Positions 19,221 through 30,306 are shown, numbered from the stretch's first letter. The stretch: 62,973 bases of DNA from Anaerolinea thermophila (GCA_020724505.1 DYGV01000003.1:1-62973), one strand, 5' to 3'. Numbers and translations are program-made. Notes: a model not told the origin generated them from the sequence alone.

Positions 19221-19242
19221 ACAAAAAATCAAAGGATAAGGT

Positions 19243-20382
19243 ATGGATGCTGCTTTGGTTGCCCGTGTGCTCGATCTGGCGGTTGCCATTCAACAAATAC
19301 CCGCGCCTCCCTTTGGCGAAGCGCAACGTTCGGCTTTTATACGCGAGCGCTTCCAGGTTGAAGGCTTACAGGATGTCAGCGTAGATGAGCTGGGCAACGT
19401 CTATGGGCGTCTTCCAGGAGCAGAAAACGCTCGCCCATTGGTGATCTCTGCGCATTTGGATACGGTGTTCCCCTATGACGTTGATTTGCAAGTGCGCCGC
19501 GAAGCGGAGAAGATCTTTGGCCCCGGCATTGGGGATAATTCGCTCGGCCTGGCGGGACTGTTCGGCGTCTTATGGGCGCTGCGCCAAAAGGCAAACGATC
19601 AGCCAGCGGCCCTGCCGGGCGATCTCTGGTTGGTTGCCAACGTAGGCGAAGAGGGTCTGGGCGATCTGCGCGGTATGCGCGCTGTGGTGGAACGCTTCGG
19701 CGACGAGCCATGCGCCTATCTGATCCTGGAAGGCATGGCGCTGGGTCAGGTGTATCACCGCGCCCTGGGGGTGCAGCGCTATCGCATTACGGTGCGCACC
19801 AGCGGCGGCCACTCTTGGGTGGACTACGGCAAACCCTCTGCCATTCACGAATTGGCAATGTTGATCACCCAAATCGTAGCCCTGCCCACGCCATCCCAGC
19901 CGCGCACCTCGCTCAATGTAGGGGTCATCTCCGGCGGCACCAGCGTAAACACCATCGCTGCCGAAGCGCACCTGGAACTGGATCTGCGCTCTGAAAGCTC
20001 CACGACCTTGCAAACCCTGGTCTCTCAGGTTGAGAGCCTGGCGCAAGCCGCCATCCGTCAGGATGTCTCCGTATCGTTGGAATTGATCGGTCAGCGGCCG
20101 GCGGGCAAGCTGCCCAGCGCCCATCCATTGGTACGCCTGGCAAAGCGCGCCCTGCAAGAACAAGGCTTACAGGCCAATCTATCAATTGGTTCAACCGATG
20201 CCAACGTACGTCTCAGCCATGGACTGCCAGCCATTTGCATTGGTCTGACCACCGGCTATGGAGCGCACACCACCAACGAGTACATCAACACCGCGCCGCT
20301 GGCGCAGGGCCTGGCGCAGGTCATGACCGTGGTGGAGGGGATCTTTACCGAATTCGGCGCAACGCCGCCTGCTCACACATGA
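19243..20382 (+). CDS. M20-family metallopeptidase (ArgE/DapE/PepT-like)
   Basis: Metal-binding motifs SAHLDTVFP and GIGDNSLG, plus ...NVGEEGLGDLRG, typical of M20 peptidases. Confidence 0.85.
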   Translation: MDAALVARVLDLAVAIQQIPAPPFGEAQRSAFIRERFQVEGLQDVSVDELGNVYGRLPGAENARPLVISAHLDTVFPYDVDLQVRREAEKIFGPGIGDNSLGLAGLFGVLWALRQKANDQPAALPGDLWLVANVGEEGLGDLRGMRAVVERFGDEPCAYLILEGMALGQVYHRALGVQRYRITVRTSGGHSWVDYGKPSAIHELAMLITQIVALPTPSQPRTSLNVGVISGGTSVNTIAAEAHLELDLRSESSTTLQTLVSQVESLAQAAIRQDVSVSLELIGQRPAGKLPSAHPLVRLAKRALQEQGLQANLSIGSTDANVRLSHGLPAICIGLTTGYGAHTTNEYINTAPLAQGLAQVMTVVEGIFTEFGATPPAHT

Positions 20383-21620
20383 AATCTTCCGCTCTGCAGC
20401 GGACAAAAGTCGCCCTGCAACGCCGCTCCTGGGATTTAACGCTGTTCAGCCTCCACCTGGCGCTGGGGTTGATCTTTTGCTTCGTCGTCTTCCCGCGAAT
20501 CGGCGAAGCCACTTCGGGCATAGATCCTGACGGCTATGGGCATTTGGGTCAGTTATGGTACACAAGCGGTCGCTTCGACTCGATTGAGAAGGCGCCGCTC
20601 TATCCAGCGTTCATCGCCTTCATCGCCTGGCTTTCGGGCGGCTATTCTCTATGGACGATCCAGGCAGCGCAATGCCTGCTTTCTTCAGCGATGATCCTCT
20701 TACTCCTGTCCATATTTCGACAAGTTCTGAACGCGGACGGTTTCCTGGCACAGATCGCCGGACTGGCCTGCGCCGTATATCCGCTCACCTTGTGGTACAT
20801 TCCACGCTTATGGACCGAAACGTTTTTAACTTTTGGCCTGACTCTGTACACCTGGACGACTCTCCGTTTGATTGAGCAACCCACCTCTATAAACGCAGCC
20901 CTTTGCGGCCTGGCAGCCGGCTTTCTTGCGTTGAGCAAGGGCATGGCGCTGGTTTTCATCCCCCTGACAATCGTTCTGATTCTGGCGCGTTTTCACCGCG
21001 CAGGGATGGGCATCGCGTTTTTGTTCACCGTCGCGGCGTTGCTCTGGGTGGCCCCCTGGACATGGCGGAATTATCGGCTTACCGGCGCGTTGCTGCCAAT
21101 CCATACCGGCGGCGGCTATAACTTCTATTTGGGAAATGGCTTTGCACGCCATTGGCAACAAGCGCCGTTGTCCTACACACAATTGAAGGTTTTGACCGAG
21201 CAAGACCTGCAATCTATAACTTTCGCCGTCTCGCCGACGCGCCCGCTGGAGCACGACCGCACCTTGCTGAGCCTCGCCTGGCAAGAAATCGCCGCCCAAC
21301 CCTGGCTTCTGGTCAAGAAAATCCTCATCCAAAGCATCACCTTTTGGTACCTGGCGGCAGACCGAGCGAAAAGCCTGGCGACCGCTGCCTTGCAATTTCC
21401 AATCCTGCTGCTGGCTATTTTCGGCGTCTGGCGCGTGATCCACTCGTCGGGGAGAGCTTGGATTTTGGGGATTCCAATTGGGGGGATTATGGGGGTGAGC
21501 GTGCTGATTTTTGCCTTCGCCCGTCTGTCGGCGCCGATCTTCCCCTACGTGATTGGGCTGGCTGCGTATGGCATAGAACCACACATCACTTTGCCTTTAA
21601 AGCGCCTGATCTCAGAGTGA
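20379..21620 (+). CDS. Polytopic membrane glycosyltransferase, GT39/ArnT (PMT_2)-like
   Basis: Trimmed to ATG 20379 (MKSSALQRT...), which overlaps the M20 stop as ATGA. About 10 TM helices with the loop pattern typical of ArnT/PMT-like transferases. Confidence 0.7.
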   Translation: MKSSALQRTKVALQRRSWDLTLFSLHLALGLIFCFVVFPRIGEATSGIDPDGYGHLGQLWYTSGRFDSIEKAPLYPAFIAFIAWLSGGYSLWTIQAAQCLLSSAMILLLLSIFRQVLNADGFLAQIAGLACAVYPLTLWYIPRLWTETFLTFGLTLYTWTTLRLIEQPTSINAALCGLAAGFLALSKGMALVFIPLTIVLILARFHRAGMGIAFLFTVAALLWVAPWTWRNYRLTGALLPIHTGGGYNFYLGNGFARHWQQAPLSYTQLKVLTEQDLQSITFAVSPTRPLEHDRTLLSLAWQEIAAQPWLLVKKILIQSITFWYLAADRAKSLATAALQFPILLLAIFGVWRVIHSSGRAWILGIPIGGIMGVSVLIFAFARLSAPIFPYVIGLAAYGIEPHITLPLKRLISE

Positions 21621-21760
21621 GGGGGGCACCCTGAGATCAAGCTTGCTAGATTGTACTACAAATTCCAATTATTGCAAGGGCTATTCGGAAAAGTTAACAA
21701 ACTTTTTATGTAAAACCGGCAAAGATTTTCCTCTTTGTTGGATGTTTTGGCACAAAGGAG

Positions 21761-21833
21761 CGCCCCAGGCGGGAGTCGAACCCACAACCTCGGCCTTAGG
21801 AGAGCCTCGCTCTATCCTTTGAGCTACTGGGGC
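21761..21833 (-). tRNA. tRNA-Arg (anticodon CCU)
   Basis: Hand-folded cloverleaf. Acceptor stem GCCCCAG/CUGGGGC, D arm GCUC-AAAGGAUA-GAGC, anticodon loop CU-CCU-AA, T arm GUGGG-UUCGACU-CCCGC and discriminator G. CCA is not encoded. There is one A-G mismatch at the top of the anticodon stem. Confidence 0.85.
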
Positions 21834-21847
21834 GTACGAAAATTATA

Positions 21848-22621
21848 TCACGCGCCAGCGCGCTGACGGGCGACTTCAAATAGCAAGATGCTGGCCGCAA
21901 CCGCCGCATTCAGCGATTCGCCGCCGCCCGGCATGGGAATGTGCACCACCTCCGTCGCCAGGCGGCGTGCTTCCCGGCTTGCGCCTTGCGCTTCCCCACC
22001 CACGATGATGGCCAACGGCTGGCGAAAATTCGCCTGATAGATAGACACGCCTTCGCCCGCCGCCGCCAGATACACCTGTAAAGTCTGCAAACGGGCGGCG
22101 ATCTCATCCCAACGCAAAACGCAAATCGGCAAACGAAAATGAGCGCCCATGCCGGCACGCACCACCTTCGGCGCAAAGGCGTCCACCGTCTCTGGCGGGC
22201 AGAAAACCGCCTGCGCTCCGGCGGCGGCGGCGCTGCGCAGCATCGTCCCCAGGTTCCCCGGGTCGCGCACCCCGTCCGGGATCAACACAAAATCCGGCTC
22301 CCGCGGCGCGGGCAGGGGCTTCAACGTCAGGATCACCAGCAAACCTTGTGGAGTCTCGGTGTCGCTGGCGGCGCGCAAGACCTGGGGCGTCGCCGCTTCG
22401 ACCGGCACGCCGCGCGCGGCAAAGGCTTCCACCAATGCGCGGCCGCGTTCGCTCAGCTCGTCGCTGTATAGCACCAGAAGCGCCTCCCAGCCGGCAGCCA
22501 GGGCCTCCTCCGCAAGGCGCACCCCCTCGATGACAAACGCGCCTGCTTCCCGGCGTTTGCGGCTCTGCGCTTGCAAGGCGCGCGCCCATTTGATCTTCGG
22601 GTTTTGCGCCGATGTAATCAT
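21848..22621 (-). CDS. TrmH/SpoU-family RNA 2'-O-methyltransferase (RlmB-like)
   Basis: SpoU motifs (LIPDGVRDPGNLGTMLRSA, IIVGGEAQG, HIPMPGGGESLNAAVAASILLFE). Confidence 0.85.
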   Translation of the reverse strand: MITSAQNPKIKWARALQAQSRKRREAGAFVIEGVRLAEEALAAGWEALLVLYSDELSERGRALVEAFAARGVPVEAATPQVLRAASDTETPQGLLVILTLKPLPAPREPDFVLIPDGVRDPGNLGTMLRSAAAAGAQAVFCPPETVDAFAPKVVRAGMGAHFRLPICVLRWDEIAARLQTLQVYLAAAGEGVSIYQANFRQPLAIIVGGEAQGASREARRLATEVVHIPMPGGGESLNAAVAASILLFEVARQRAGA

Positions 22622-23223
22622 CCTCCAGGCTCTTCGCTCTGACCAGATTGCCCCTTGGGTTGCTCCAGACGCGCTTTCCAGATGTTCACGAACACATCTA
22701 CTGCGGATTGATCCAGCAATACCAAGCGCGCTTCCTGTAGGCCAGAAGCGCGGTTTTGGGCAAAGTAATTCACCACCGCGGTAAGGATAATCTCCGCCGC
22801 GCGCGGCATGGGAAAACCGAAGATGCCGGTGGAAATCGCCGGCAAAGCGATATTGCTCAATCCCAGCTCATCTGCGCGTTGTAAAGCGCCGGCGATAGCC
22901 GCAGCCAGCTTGGCGTCCTCATCGCCCTCGCCCCACACCGGGCCCACCGCGTGGATGACATATCGGCAAGCGAGGTTACCGGCGTGGGTGTACGCTGGCG
23001 CATGATGAGGCACTGGCCCATATTTGCGCACCCAGGCGTCGCTTTCCGCCTGGATCTGCGCCCCACCGCGGCGAACAATCGCTCCGGCAACGCCGCCTCC
23101 ATGCTTCAAATAGGAGTTGGCAGCGTTGACGATGGCGTCCACGCGCTCATCCGTCAGATCGCCATGCACAATTCGCAGCATCTGTCCGGTAGAAAGGGTG
23201 GTTTCCCACACGATCCGATTCAT
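22618..23223 (-). CDS. Macro-domain protein (ADP-ribose / O-acetyl-ADP-ribose binding or hydrolase)
   Basis: Macro-domain motifs (IVHGDLTDERVDAIVNAANSYLKHGGGVAGAI, ALPAISTGIFGFP). ATGA overlap with trmH. Confidence 0.85.
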   Translation of the reverse strand: MNRIVWETTLSTGQMLRIVHGDLTDERVDAIVNAANSYLKHGGGVAGAIVRRGGAQIQAESDAWVRKYGPVPHHAPAYTHAGNLACRYVIHAVGPVWGEGDEDAKLAAAIAGALQRADELGLSNIALPAISTGIFGFPMPRAAEIILTAVVNYFAQNRASGLQEARLVLLDQSAVDVFVNIWKARLEQPKGQSGQSEEPGG

Positions 23224-23225
23224 TC

Positions 23226-23570
23226 TTACCCCATGGGAAAGCGCATCCGCTGTCCGCCGATCAGGTGCATGTGCAAGTGAAAGATGGTTTGTCCACCATG
23301 TACGCCGGTATTCACGATCAGCCGATAGCCGCTTTGGTCAATCCCTTCCTGGCGAGCCAACAGACGCGCCACGGTGAACAGATGACCCATCAGAAGCTCA
23401 TCTTCGACAGTCAGATCATTCACCGATGCGATATGCCGATTGGGCGCCAGCAGAATATGTGTGGGCGCTACTGGATGGATGTCGCGAAAAGCAGACACCT
23501 GCTCATCTTGATAAAGCATCTGGCTGGGGCTTTTTCCAGCGATAATCTGGCAAAAGATACAGTTCGACAT
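23226..23570 (-). CDS. HIT-family (histidine triad) nucleotide hydrolase
   Basis: HxHxHxx motif HLHMHLIGG. 114 aa. Confidence 0.9.
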   Translation of the reverse strand: MSNCIFCQIIAGKSPSQMLYQDEQVSAFRDIHPVAPTHILLAPNRHIASVNDLTVEDELLMGHLFTVARLLARQEGIDQSGYRLIVNTGVHGGQTIFHLHMHLIGGQRMRFPMG

Positions 23571-23598
23571 AGGAGTTATCTCTGGATAGGCGCGATGG

Positions 23599-24873
23599 TC
23601 AATCAGAAAGAATGCTGCCTTGTAAATGTTGCTCAGCCAGGCCAGTCAGCCGCACCAGGGTAATTTGATTCCATAAAGAGAGTGGCGCAGCGGCGTTGAC
23701 GCGCAGATAATTTCCCGTCAGACCGCTCATCTCCCAACCGTTTGGACCTAATCTGGCGGCGCTTTCCCACAAGACAGGCAACACCGCTCCGATAAAGCCC
23801 GACCGGTAAACGCGCTCCGCTTCGGCTAGCGCATGGCGCATCCGAGCGGTACGTTCCTTACGCGTCTCGAAAGGGATCTGATCCGGCATACGCGCTGCGG
23901 CGGTTCCCGGCCGAGGCGAATAGGTGAAGACATGCCCGCCGGCAAAGTGCATCGAACGCACAAATTCCAGGCTTTCCTGGAACTCACCCTCGCTCTCGCC
24001 AGGGAAGCCTGTGATAATATCGGTGGTGATGGCAACATCTGGCATGACCTGACGCGCCGCAGCCACCAGGGCAGCAAAAGACTTCGGGGTAGTTTTGCGC
24101 GCCATGCGCCGCAATGTGGCCGCGCAGCCGGATTGCAGCGGCAAATGTAAGTGCCGACACAAACGCGGATTCTCCCACAACCGAAAGAATTCGGCGTCCA
24201 GATCCCACGGTTCAAGCGATGAGAGCCGCAGGCGCGGCGTATCCGTATGCTCCAGAATGGCTTTCACCAGGTGGCTCAGATGCAAGCGCGGCGATAGGTC
24301 ATGACCCCAGGAGCCCAGGTGAACGCCGGTCAGCACGATCTCTTTCGCCTCCGCAGCCGCCTGAATATCTGCCAGAATTTCCCTAATTGAGCGGCTACGT
24401 CCCGCGCCACGTGCCAGAGTGGTCACGCAGAATGTGCAGCGATTGTTGCAACCATCCTGCACCTTGATAAACGCCCGTGTGCGCAGGCGCGCCCCGGGCA
24501 ATGGCGTGCGTTCGATCGGCTCCAAGTCGAAGCTCTCCAACGGCAAATCCAATGCTTCCGCCGCCAGGCGATCTTTGTCGGCGTTGGGGATCACCTTCCC
24601 CACACCTGGCAGCCTCGCCGCCTCCTGCGGCCTCAAGGTCGCCCAACAACCGGTAACAATGATCTCCGCCGCGCCAGCCCGGTTAACCTGCCGCACTTTA
24701 TGGCGCGAATCCGATACCGCTGCGGCGGTTACGGCGCAGGTGTTGATCACCGCCAGATCCGCTTCTTCGGCGCTGGCAGCCAGCTCGTGTCCCGCGGCGC
24801 GGAACTGGCGTGCATAGTGCTCGATTTCCGCTTGGTTCAGTCGGCAGCCCACACTATCCAGATAGATTTTCAT
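23599..24873 (-). CDS. mtaB: MiaB-like radical-SAM methylthiotransferase (MtaB type)
   Basis: UPF0004 N-terminal Cys triad (GCRLN..., NTCAV, TGCW), radical-SAM motif CNNRCTFCVT and a C-terminal TRAM-like region. Confidence 0.8.
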   Translation of the reverse strand: MKIYLDSVGCRLNQAEIEHYARQFRAAGHELAASAEEADLAVINTCAVTAAAVSDSRHKVRQVNRAGAAEIIVTGCWATLRPQEAARLPGVGKVIPNADKDRLAAEALDLPLESFDLEPIERTPLPGARLRTRAFIKVQDGCNNRCTFCVTTLARGAGRSRSIREILADIQAAAEAKEIVLTGVHLGSWGHDLSPRLHLSHLVKAILEHTDTPRLRLSSLEPWDLDAEFFRLWENPRLCRHLHLPLQSGCAATLRRMARKTTPKSFAALVAAARQVMPDVAITTDIITGFPGESEGEFQESLEFVRSMHFAGGHVFTYSPRPGTAAARMPDQIPFETRKERTARMRHALAEAERVYRSGFIGAVLPVLWESAARLGPNGWEMSGLTGNYLRVNAAAPLSLWNQITLVRLTGLAEQHLQGSILSD

Positions 24874-25547
24874 GGCTGATAAACAATGAAGTTATCAAAG
24901 CGGATATCGGTGCCGGGGACATCATATGTCCCGGCAATCAAACCCACATCGCCGGTGGGAAAACTGGCGTCATGCACCTGCGCCGCCTGGACGCCGTTGA
25001 TATACAAGGTGAGTGTATCGCCAATACAATCGGCGCGGATGTGGTTCAACGCCGATCCCAGATGAATCGCATCCGTCGGCTGTAACGCATCCATTCCCAA
25101 CAATTGATACTGATCGTCATGAATCATACCAATCCCATAATATCCATCGCTACTGATAATAAAGGTGTAAAAACTGTTTTCGTCTATTGCCCGGCAGATG
25201 ACGCCGAAGCGATTATCCCGATCGCCGCCGACTTTAAAAGCATCCACTTCCACGCGCACATCGTCGAAGTTCAAGCCGAGCTTGCTCCATACATCCACAT
25301 TGGGCGCATTGACAAAGATGCGATAGACGCCATCCTGGTAATCGGTCTCGCCGCTGGCCGCGGTTACCCGATTCCAGCCGCTGGAGGTGTCCGAAAAATC
25401 GTCCTGAAACAAGACTCTTCCAGCCCTATCTGCAGGTTCTGGGTACACCAACAGTTTACAAGCCAACGAAGCCAGGCTGAATATCAGCACAATCGCCAGC
25501 CTTCCAACTACGGAACGAGGATTTATCCGCCGCATTGCGGTAAACAC
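24870..25547 (-). CDS. Hypothetical membrane-anchored/secreted beta-rich protein
   Basis: N-terminal hydrophobic anchor (LAIVLIFSLASLACKLL) followed by a beta-rich domain with a lectin/jelly-roll-like feel. ATGA overlap with mtaB implies co-translation. Confidence 0.55.
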   Translation of the reverse strand: MFTAMRRINPRSVVGRLAIVLIFSLASLACKLLVYPEPADRAGRVLFQDDFSDTSSGWNRVTAASGETDYQDGVYRIFVNAPNVDVWSKLGLNFDDVRVEVDAFKVGGDRDNRFGVICRAIDENSFYTFIISSDGYYGIGMIHDDQYQLLGMDALQPTDAIHLGSALNHIRADCIGDTLTLYINGVQAAQVHDASFPTGDVGLIAGTYDVPGTDIRFDNFIVYQP

Positions 25548-25606
25548 TCCCTCTCAGGTGTAAAAGCCCATTTTAGCATATCCATGCCACTCGCCCCCTT
25601 GTTTTT

Positions 25607-27070
25607 TTACGGGAAATATGTCTCGATCAAGCGCTGCGCCTGCGCAGCGGTGGGCGTCCCAGAAGCCAGAGAGATCGCCATATCCAATTCATTCAGCGCC
25701 GCTTCGCGCTCACCGCGCAGCGCGTAGATCAAACCCAAATGCATATGAGCCGCGGCGTAGAGTGGGTCGAGTTCCAGGGCGCGCCGGAAAAAGCGCTCTG
25801 CGCTGATCAAATCGCCTTGCTTGAGCAGCAACCGCCCCAGCAAGTCCTGATTCTGTGGGTCCTTGGGAAAGCGAGCTGCAAGCTGTCGCGCCATTGGTAA
25901 AGCAATGGTCTCAATCTCGAAATCGTACTCGATGGCGAATTCGATTAAGCTGCGCCGGTACACCGGATCATACGGTGAAAGTTCGATCGCTTTGCGATAT
26001 GTCTCATAGGCGTCGTAGAGATCACCCGAAGCGGCCTGGATGCTGGCCAGTTGCACCAGTAAGGTTGGGTTCTTTGGATCCAGCGCCACAGCCCTTTGGA
26101 TAGTCTCCTTCGCCTGATCGAAACGCGATTGGCGCGTCCAATACAAGGCTAAAAACGTGTGCGCCGCCAATGAATTGGGGTCGAGCTGCAAGGCGGTCTG
26201 TAGCTCCTGCAACCCATCGCTGGCGGATAGAGAGGCAAGCTGCACCTCGCCCACACCATAATGCTGACGCGCCTCACCCAGATATGCCCAGGCTTCGGCG
26301 TAATCTGGGCGCATCTGAACCGCCTGGTGGAAAGCTTCGATTGCCAGATACCACTCATTGAGCGAGGCCAGGGCGCGCCCCACAGCCAGCAACCTGTAGG
26401 CGCGATCTTCGGCAAAGCGAGCGCTCAACAAGGCGCGACGGATTTCATCCGCCGCGGGCTTGTAACGAGCATTTAATTGAGCCGCTTGCTCTAGGTGTTT
26501 TCCGGCCTCTTCAGGCTGCCGCGCGGCAAGCAGCAGCCCCAATCGGTAGCGCGCCTGAGCGTCCTCCATATCCAGATCAGCCAGGAATTGCATAGTTGGC
26601 ACTGCAGAGGCATAATCACCCAGCGCCAGATAAGCCTGCGCCAGCCGTTGATAACCTTCTTTTGTTCGACCATAGCGCCCCATGCCGGCCTGCCAGGCGC
26701 GAATCGCCTCAGCCAAATCGCCCTTCAGGCGATGAGCGTCTCCCAACGCCATCCAGCCCGAAGCTGAAAGCCCCCTGACCGGATCTGCACGCCAGGCGCG
26801 GCGAAAATAATCAATCGCTGCTTGCGCTTCGCCCGCCTGCAAGGCGTAAGATCCAGCCTGCTCCCATAAATCTGCGCGCCAGGGCAATAGCTGAGCTGCC
26901 TGAGCCAACGCCTGGGAAGCCTGCGACGGCAGCCCTTCTTGCGTCATGTGGGCTGCCTGTTCGAGCGACTTGCTGAAAGCGTGTGGATGCGGCGATACAC
27001 CCAGCAAGGCGATGCAAATTCCCAACAAAATCAATCGCGGCCACAAGCCGATGGAGAAACGTTGGTTCAT
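25607..27070 (-). CDS. TPR-repeat protein with N-terminal signal/anchor
   Basis: Trimmed to ATG 27070 ([24 protein letters not shown]...). Multiple 34-aa TPR-like repeats (…AxxxYxxAlxlxP… pattern). The longer track ORF would overlap the divergent acd gene. Confidence 0.75.
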   Translation of the reverse strand: MNQRFSIGLWPRLILLGICIALLGVSPHPHAFSKSLEQAAHMTQEGLPSQASQALAQAAQLLPWRADLWEQAGSYALQAGEAQAAIDYFRRAWRADPVRGLSASGWMALGDAHRLKGDLAEAIRAWQAGMGRYGRTKEGYQRLAQAYLALGDYASAVPTMQFLADLDMEDAQARYRLGLLLAARQPEEAGKHLEQAAQLNARYKPAADEIRRALLSARFAEDRAYRLLAVGRALASLNEWYLAIEAFHQAVQMRPDYAEAWAYLGEARQHYGVGEVQLASLSASDGLQELQTALQLDPNSLAAHTFLALYWTRQSRFDQAKETIQRAVALDPKNPTLLVQLASIQAASGDLYDAYETYRKAIELSPYDPVYRRSLIEFAIEYDFEIETIALPMARQLAARFPKDPQNQDLLGRLLLKQGDLISAERFFRRALELDPLYAAAHMHLGLIYALRGEREAALNELDMAISLASGTPTAAQAQRLIETYFP

Positions 27071-27140
27071 CTGCTTAATTATATCTTGCCCTGGAAAGGA
27101 TATGTATAGTAAACTGCGTGCAAAACACGGAGGCGCTTCG

Positions 27141-28352
27141 ATGGATTTCACCCTGACCGAAGAACAACGCATGGCGCAACAAATGGTGCGCGAGTTCGCC
27201 CAGAAAGAAGTGGCGACAATCATCAAGCAACAAGATCGTGAACAGCAAATGGCTTCTTTTATCCTCTCCCGCATGGGAGAGCTGGGTATATTGGGCATCT
27301 GCCTGCCAGTGCGCTATGGCGGACAGGGAATGGATTACATCGCCCTGGGTTTGGCTTGCGAAGAGTTGGAGGCGGTGGATTCGACCTTGCGGGTGGTCTT
27401 ATCGGTGCATATTGGTTTAAACAGCCTGGGGCTGTTTCAATGGGCAAACGAAGAACAAAAACGGCGCTTTCTGACGCCGCAGGCGCGCGGTGAAAAAATA
27501 GCCTGCTTCGGGCTTACCGAACCAGGCGCGGGTTCGGATGTGGCCGCGATTCGCAGCAGCGCCCGTCGCCATGGCGATGAATATGTGCTGAATGGCGAAA
27601 AGATGTGGATTTCATTGGCTACCAAAGCCGATCACTGTCTATGGGTGGCGCGCACCGACCCGGAGGCCGCCGATCCACACGATGGCCTTTCGGCGTTTAT
27701 CGTAGAGCTGGATCGCCCCGGCGTGCGGCGCGGTGACTTGCATGGCAAACTGGGCATGCGCGCCGGCTCCACCGGCTGGATCGCCTTGCAAGATGTGCGC
27801 ATTCCAGTTGAAAACCGCATCGGCATGGAGGGCGAAGGTTTCAAGATTGCCATGTCCTGCCTGGATAACGGTCGCTACACCGTGGCCGCCGGCGCAACCG
27901 GCTTGATCCGCGCCTGTTTAGAAGCTAGTGTGCGCTATGCAAACGAGCGACAGGCTTTTGGGCGACCCATCGGGCGCTTTCAGTTGATCCAACAAAAAAT
28001 TGCCTATATGGTACAATCCTATGACGCAGCGCGTCTTCTTTACTTGCGAGCTGGATGGATGAAAAACCAGGGCATACGCAACACACGAGAGACATCGCTG
28101 GCAAAGTGGTTTGCCACCGAAGCATCTTTCCAGGCAGCTTCCGAAGCCGTTCAAATCCATGGGGCGTATGGTTACAGCGATGAATACGATGTAGAGCGGT
28201 ATTTACGCAACTCTAAGGGCGCTGTGATCTACGAAGGAACCAGCGAAATCCATCAATTGATGCAGGCCGCTTACGCGTTGGGCTATCGCCAGGACGCGCC
28301 TCTGCGCTGCGAACTGCCCGCCTATGATCCACAGGTCTGGCAGAGCGAATGA
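27141..28352 (+). CDS. Acyl-CoA dehydrogenase (short/medium-chain type)
   Basis: Trimmed to ATG 27141, preceded by [29 protein letters not shown]..., [10 protein letters not shown], ...[13 protein letters not shown]. Confidence 0.9.
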   Translation: MDFTLTEEQRMAQQMVREFAQKEVATIIKQQDREQQMASFILSRMGELGILGICLPVRYGGQGMDYIALGLACEELEAVDSTLRVVLSVHIGLNSLGLFQWANEEQKRRFLTPQARGEKIACFGLTEPGAGSDVAAIRSSARRHGDEYVLNGEKMWISLATKADHCLWVARTDPEAADPHDGLSAFIVELDRPGVRRGDLHGKLGMRAGSTGWIALQDVRIPVENRIGMEGEGFKIAMSCLDNGRYTVAAGATGLIRACLEASVRYANERQAFGRPIGRFQLIQQKIAYMVQSYDAARLLYLRAGWMKNQGIRNTRETSLAKWFATEASFQAASEAVQIHGAYGYSDEYDVERYLRNSKGAVIYEGTSEIHQLMQAAYALGYRQDAPLRCELPAYDPQVWQSE

Positions 28353-28403
28353 GAATCCTCATCATATAGAGAAAACCATAAAAAAAACCAAAAGGAGGTC
28401 AAC

Positions 28404-29174
28404 TTGAACATCGTTGTCTGTGTCAAACAAGTTCCCGACAGCGCCGCCAAGGTGGTAGCCGAGGGCGGAAGAGTGACCTGGGGAGACGCGCCGCTGGTGC
28501 TAAACCCCTGGGATGAGTTTGCGGTGGAAGCCGCCTTGATACTCCAAGAGGCGACCGACGCGAACGTAACCGTCATCAGCGTAGGCGGCGAAAGCACCAA
28601 AGAGGCGCTCAAAACTGCCCTGGCTATGGGCTGCGGGCAGGCGATTCTAATTTCCGACCCCGCTCTGGAAGGGGCGGACAGCCGGGCAATTGCCCAGGTT
28701 TTATCTGCCGCGATCCAGAAAATCGGCGATGTTGACGTGGCGTTCTTTGGCAAACAGGCGATTGACGGCGATATGGGGGTGACCGCCGCTCAAACCGGGC
28801 GCTTCTTGGGCTGGCCAGTGCTCAGCCTGGCGTCCACCATCAAACTAGAAGGGGACAAGCTGGTGATCGAGCGCTCCATCGAAGAGGGGCGGCAAATTGT
28901 CGAAAGCAAGCTGCCGGCCGTCATCAGCGTTTCCAAAGACATTGGCGAACCCCGCTATCCCTCCTTCATGGGCATTCGCAAAGCCTCGCGGGCAAACATC
29001 CCGGTCTGGTCGCTGGCGGATCTGGGGATCCATGCTCCTACGCCGTTGGTTCGTTGGCCGGACGTGGTCAACCCGCCGGCGCGTGAAGTAAAAACAGAAA
29101 TCATCACCGGCGATTCTCCGCAACAAATCGCAGAGCAACTGGCAGACAAAATCATGGAAGAGAAGGTGCTGTGA
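28404..29174 (+). CDS. etfB: Electron transfer flavoprotein beta subunit (second copy)
   Basis: MNIVVCVKQVPD... N-terminus. TTG start 7 nt after AGGAGG. 256 aa. Confidence 0.9.
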   Translation: MNIVVCVKQVPDSAAKVVAEGGRVTWGDAPLVLNPWDEFAVEAALILQEATDANVTVISVGGESTKEALKTALAMGCGQAILISDPALEGADSRAIAQVLSAAIQKIGDVDVAFFGKQAIDGDMGVTAAQTGRFLGWPVLSLASTIKLEGDKLVIERSIEEGRQIVESKLPAVISVSKDIGEPRYPSFMGIRKASRANIPVWSLADLGIHAPTPLVRWPDVVNPPAREVKTEIITGDSPQQIAEQLADKIMEEKVL

Positions 29175-30217
29175 TGAGCGGCAATTTTCTGGTGTACATT
29201 GATCAATTCAAAGGGCAGGCGTTGCCCACTTCATGGGAAGTCTTAAGCGCAGCTCACTACCTGGCCGAAAAATTGGGCGGCAGCATTTACGCGCTGGCGC
29301 TCGGCGAGGCGTCTCAGGCAGTGGCTGAGATGGCTTATCAATACGGAGTCGAGCAAGCGTTATATTGCGACGACCCCAGCCTGGCAGATTATCGCCCTGA
29401 GCCATATACCGCCCTGGTCTCGAAGATCGCTCAGGAGAAGGGCGTCGGCGTGTTGCTCTTCCCCACCACCAGCCGCGGCCGCGAAGTGGCCGCCATGTGC
29501 GCAGTAGATCTGCAGGGGGGCGTGATGCCGGACGTTACCGAGTTGGAGGTGGTGGACGGCAAAATCATCGCTACCCGCCCTGTATATGCAGGCAAGCTGC
29601 TCGCCAAGGCAGTGTGCGATGTTGAACCAGCGATCATCACCACGCGAGTGCGCGCCTTCAAAAAACCACAGGGCGACGCTTCACGCGCTGGCGTCGCGCA
29701 ACGCGTGGATGCGGTCATGGCAGAGGGTGATATTCGCACAAAGGTCACAGGATATGCGCAAGCCGGCGGCGGGGTCAGCCTGACCGATGCCAATGTGATC
29801 GTCTCCGGCGGGCGCGGCGTTTCCAACAACCCCAACCTCACCCCGCCGGCAGACATGGACGAGAAGCAGGCGGAAATCTGGCGCGCCCAACAGGGCTTTA
29901 AGCTCGTCGGCGAGCTGGCGGCGGTGCTGGGAGGCGCTGTGGGCGCCAGCCGCGCTGCAGTGGACGCCGGCTACATCCCCTACGCCCATCAGGTTGGTCA
30001 AACCGGGAAAGTGGTTTCGCCGGACCTCTATATCGCCTGCGGCATCTCTGGGGCAATCCAGCATCAGGCGGGGATGCGTTCCAGTAAAATCATCGTTGCT
30101 ATTAACAAGGACCCCGACGCGCCGATCTTTAAGCTGGCGCGTTACGGCGTGGTCGGCGATTTATACGCCATCCTGCCGCCGCTCACAGAGGCGTTCCGTA
30201 AGCGATTAGGGAAATAA
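29171..30217 (+). CDS. etfA: Electron transfer flavoprotein alpha subunit (second copy)
   Basis: C-terminal FAD-binding signature (VSPDLYIACGISGAIQHQAGM). 4-nt overlap with etfB. Confidence 0.9.
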   Translation: MMSGNFLVYIDQFKGQALPTSWEVLSAAHYLAEKLGGSIYALALGEASQAVAEMAYQYGVEQALYCDDPSLADYRPEPYTALVSKIAQEKGVGVLLFPTTSRGREVAAMCAVDLQGGVMPDVTELEVVDGKIIATRPVYAGKLLAKAVCDVEPAIITTRVRAFKKPQGDASRAGVAQRVDAVMAEGDIRTKVTGYAQAGGGVSLTDANVIVSGGRGVSNNPNLTPPADMDEKQAEIWRAQQGFKLVGELAAVLGGAVGASRAAVDAGYIPYAHQVGQTGKVVSPDLYIACGISGAIQHQAGMRSSKIIVAINKDPDAPIFKLARYGVVGDLYAILPPLTEAFRKRLGK

Positions 30218-30266
30218 GCTCAAGACGCATCCGTTCCGACTATCTATTCACCTCGCACATGCGTTA

Positions 30267-30306
30267 GCGCCCCGGGAAATTTTAAACGCCGGGGCGCTGG
30301 TTTTAC
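30267..30306 (+). terminator. Rho-independent terminator after the acd-etfBA operon
   Basis: 10-bp GC-rich stem agcgccccgg/ccggggcgct with a 13-nt loop, followed by ggtttta. Confidence 0.65.

Noticed and set aside
20826-22589. Large antisense ORFs in GC-rich genes (for example 20826..21584 -, 22104..22589 -, 22149..22784 +, 19570..20163 -, 45009..45695 -, 47418..48251 -)
   Set aside because: They are Arg/Ala/Gly/Pro-rich shadow ORFs lying opposite clearly homologous genes. None shows a recognisable motif.
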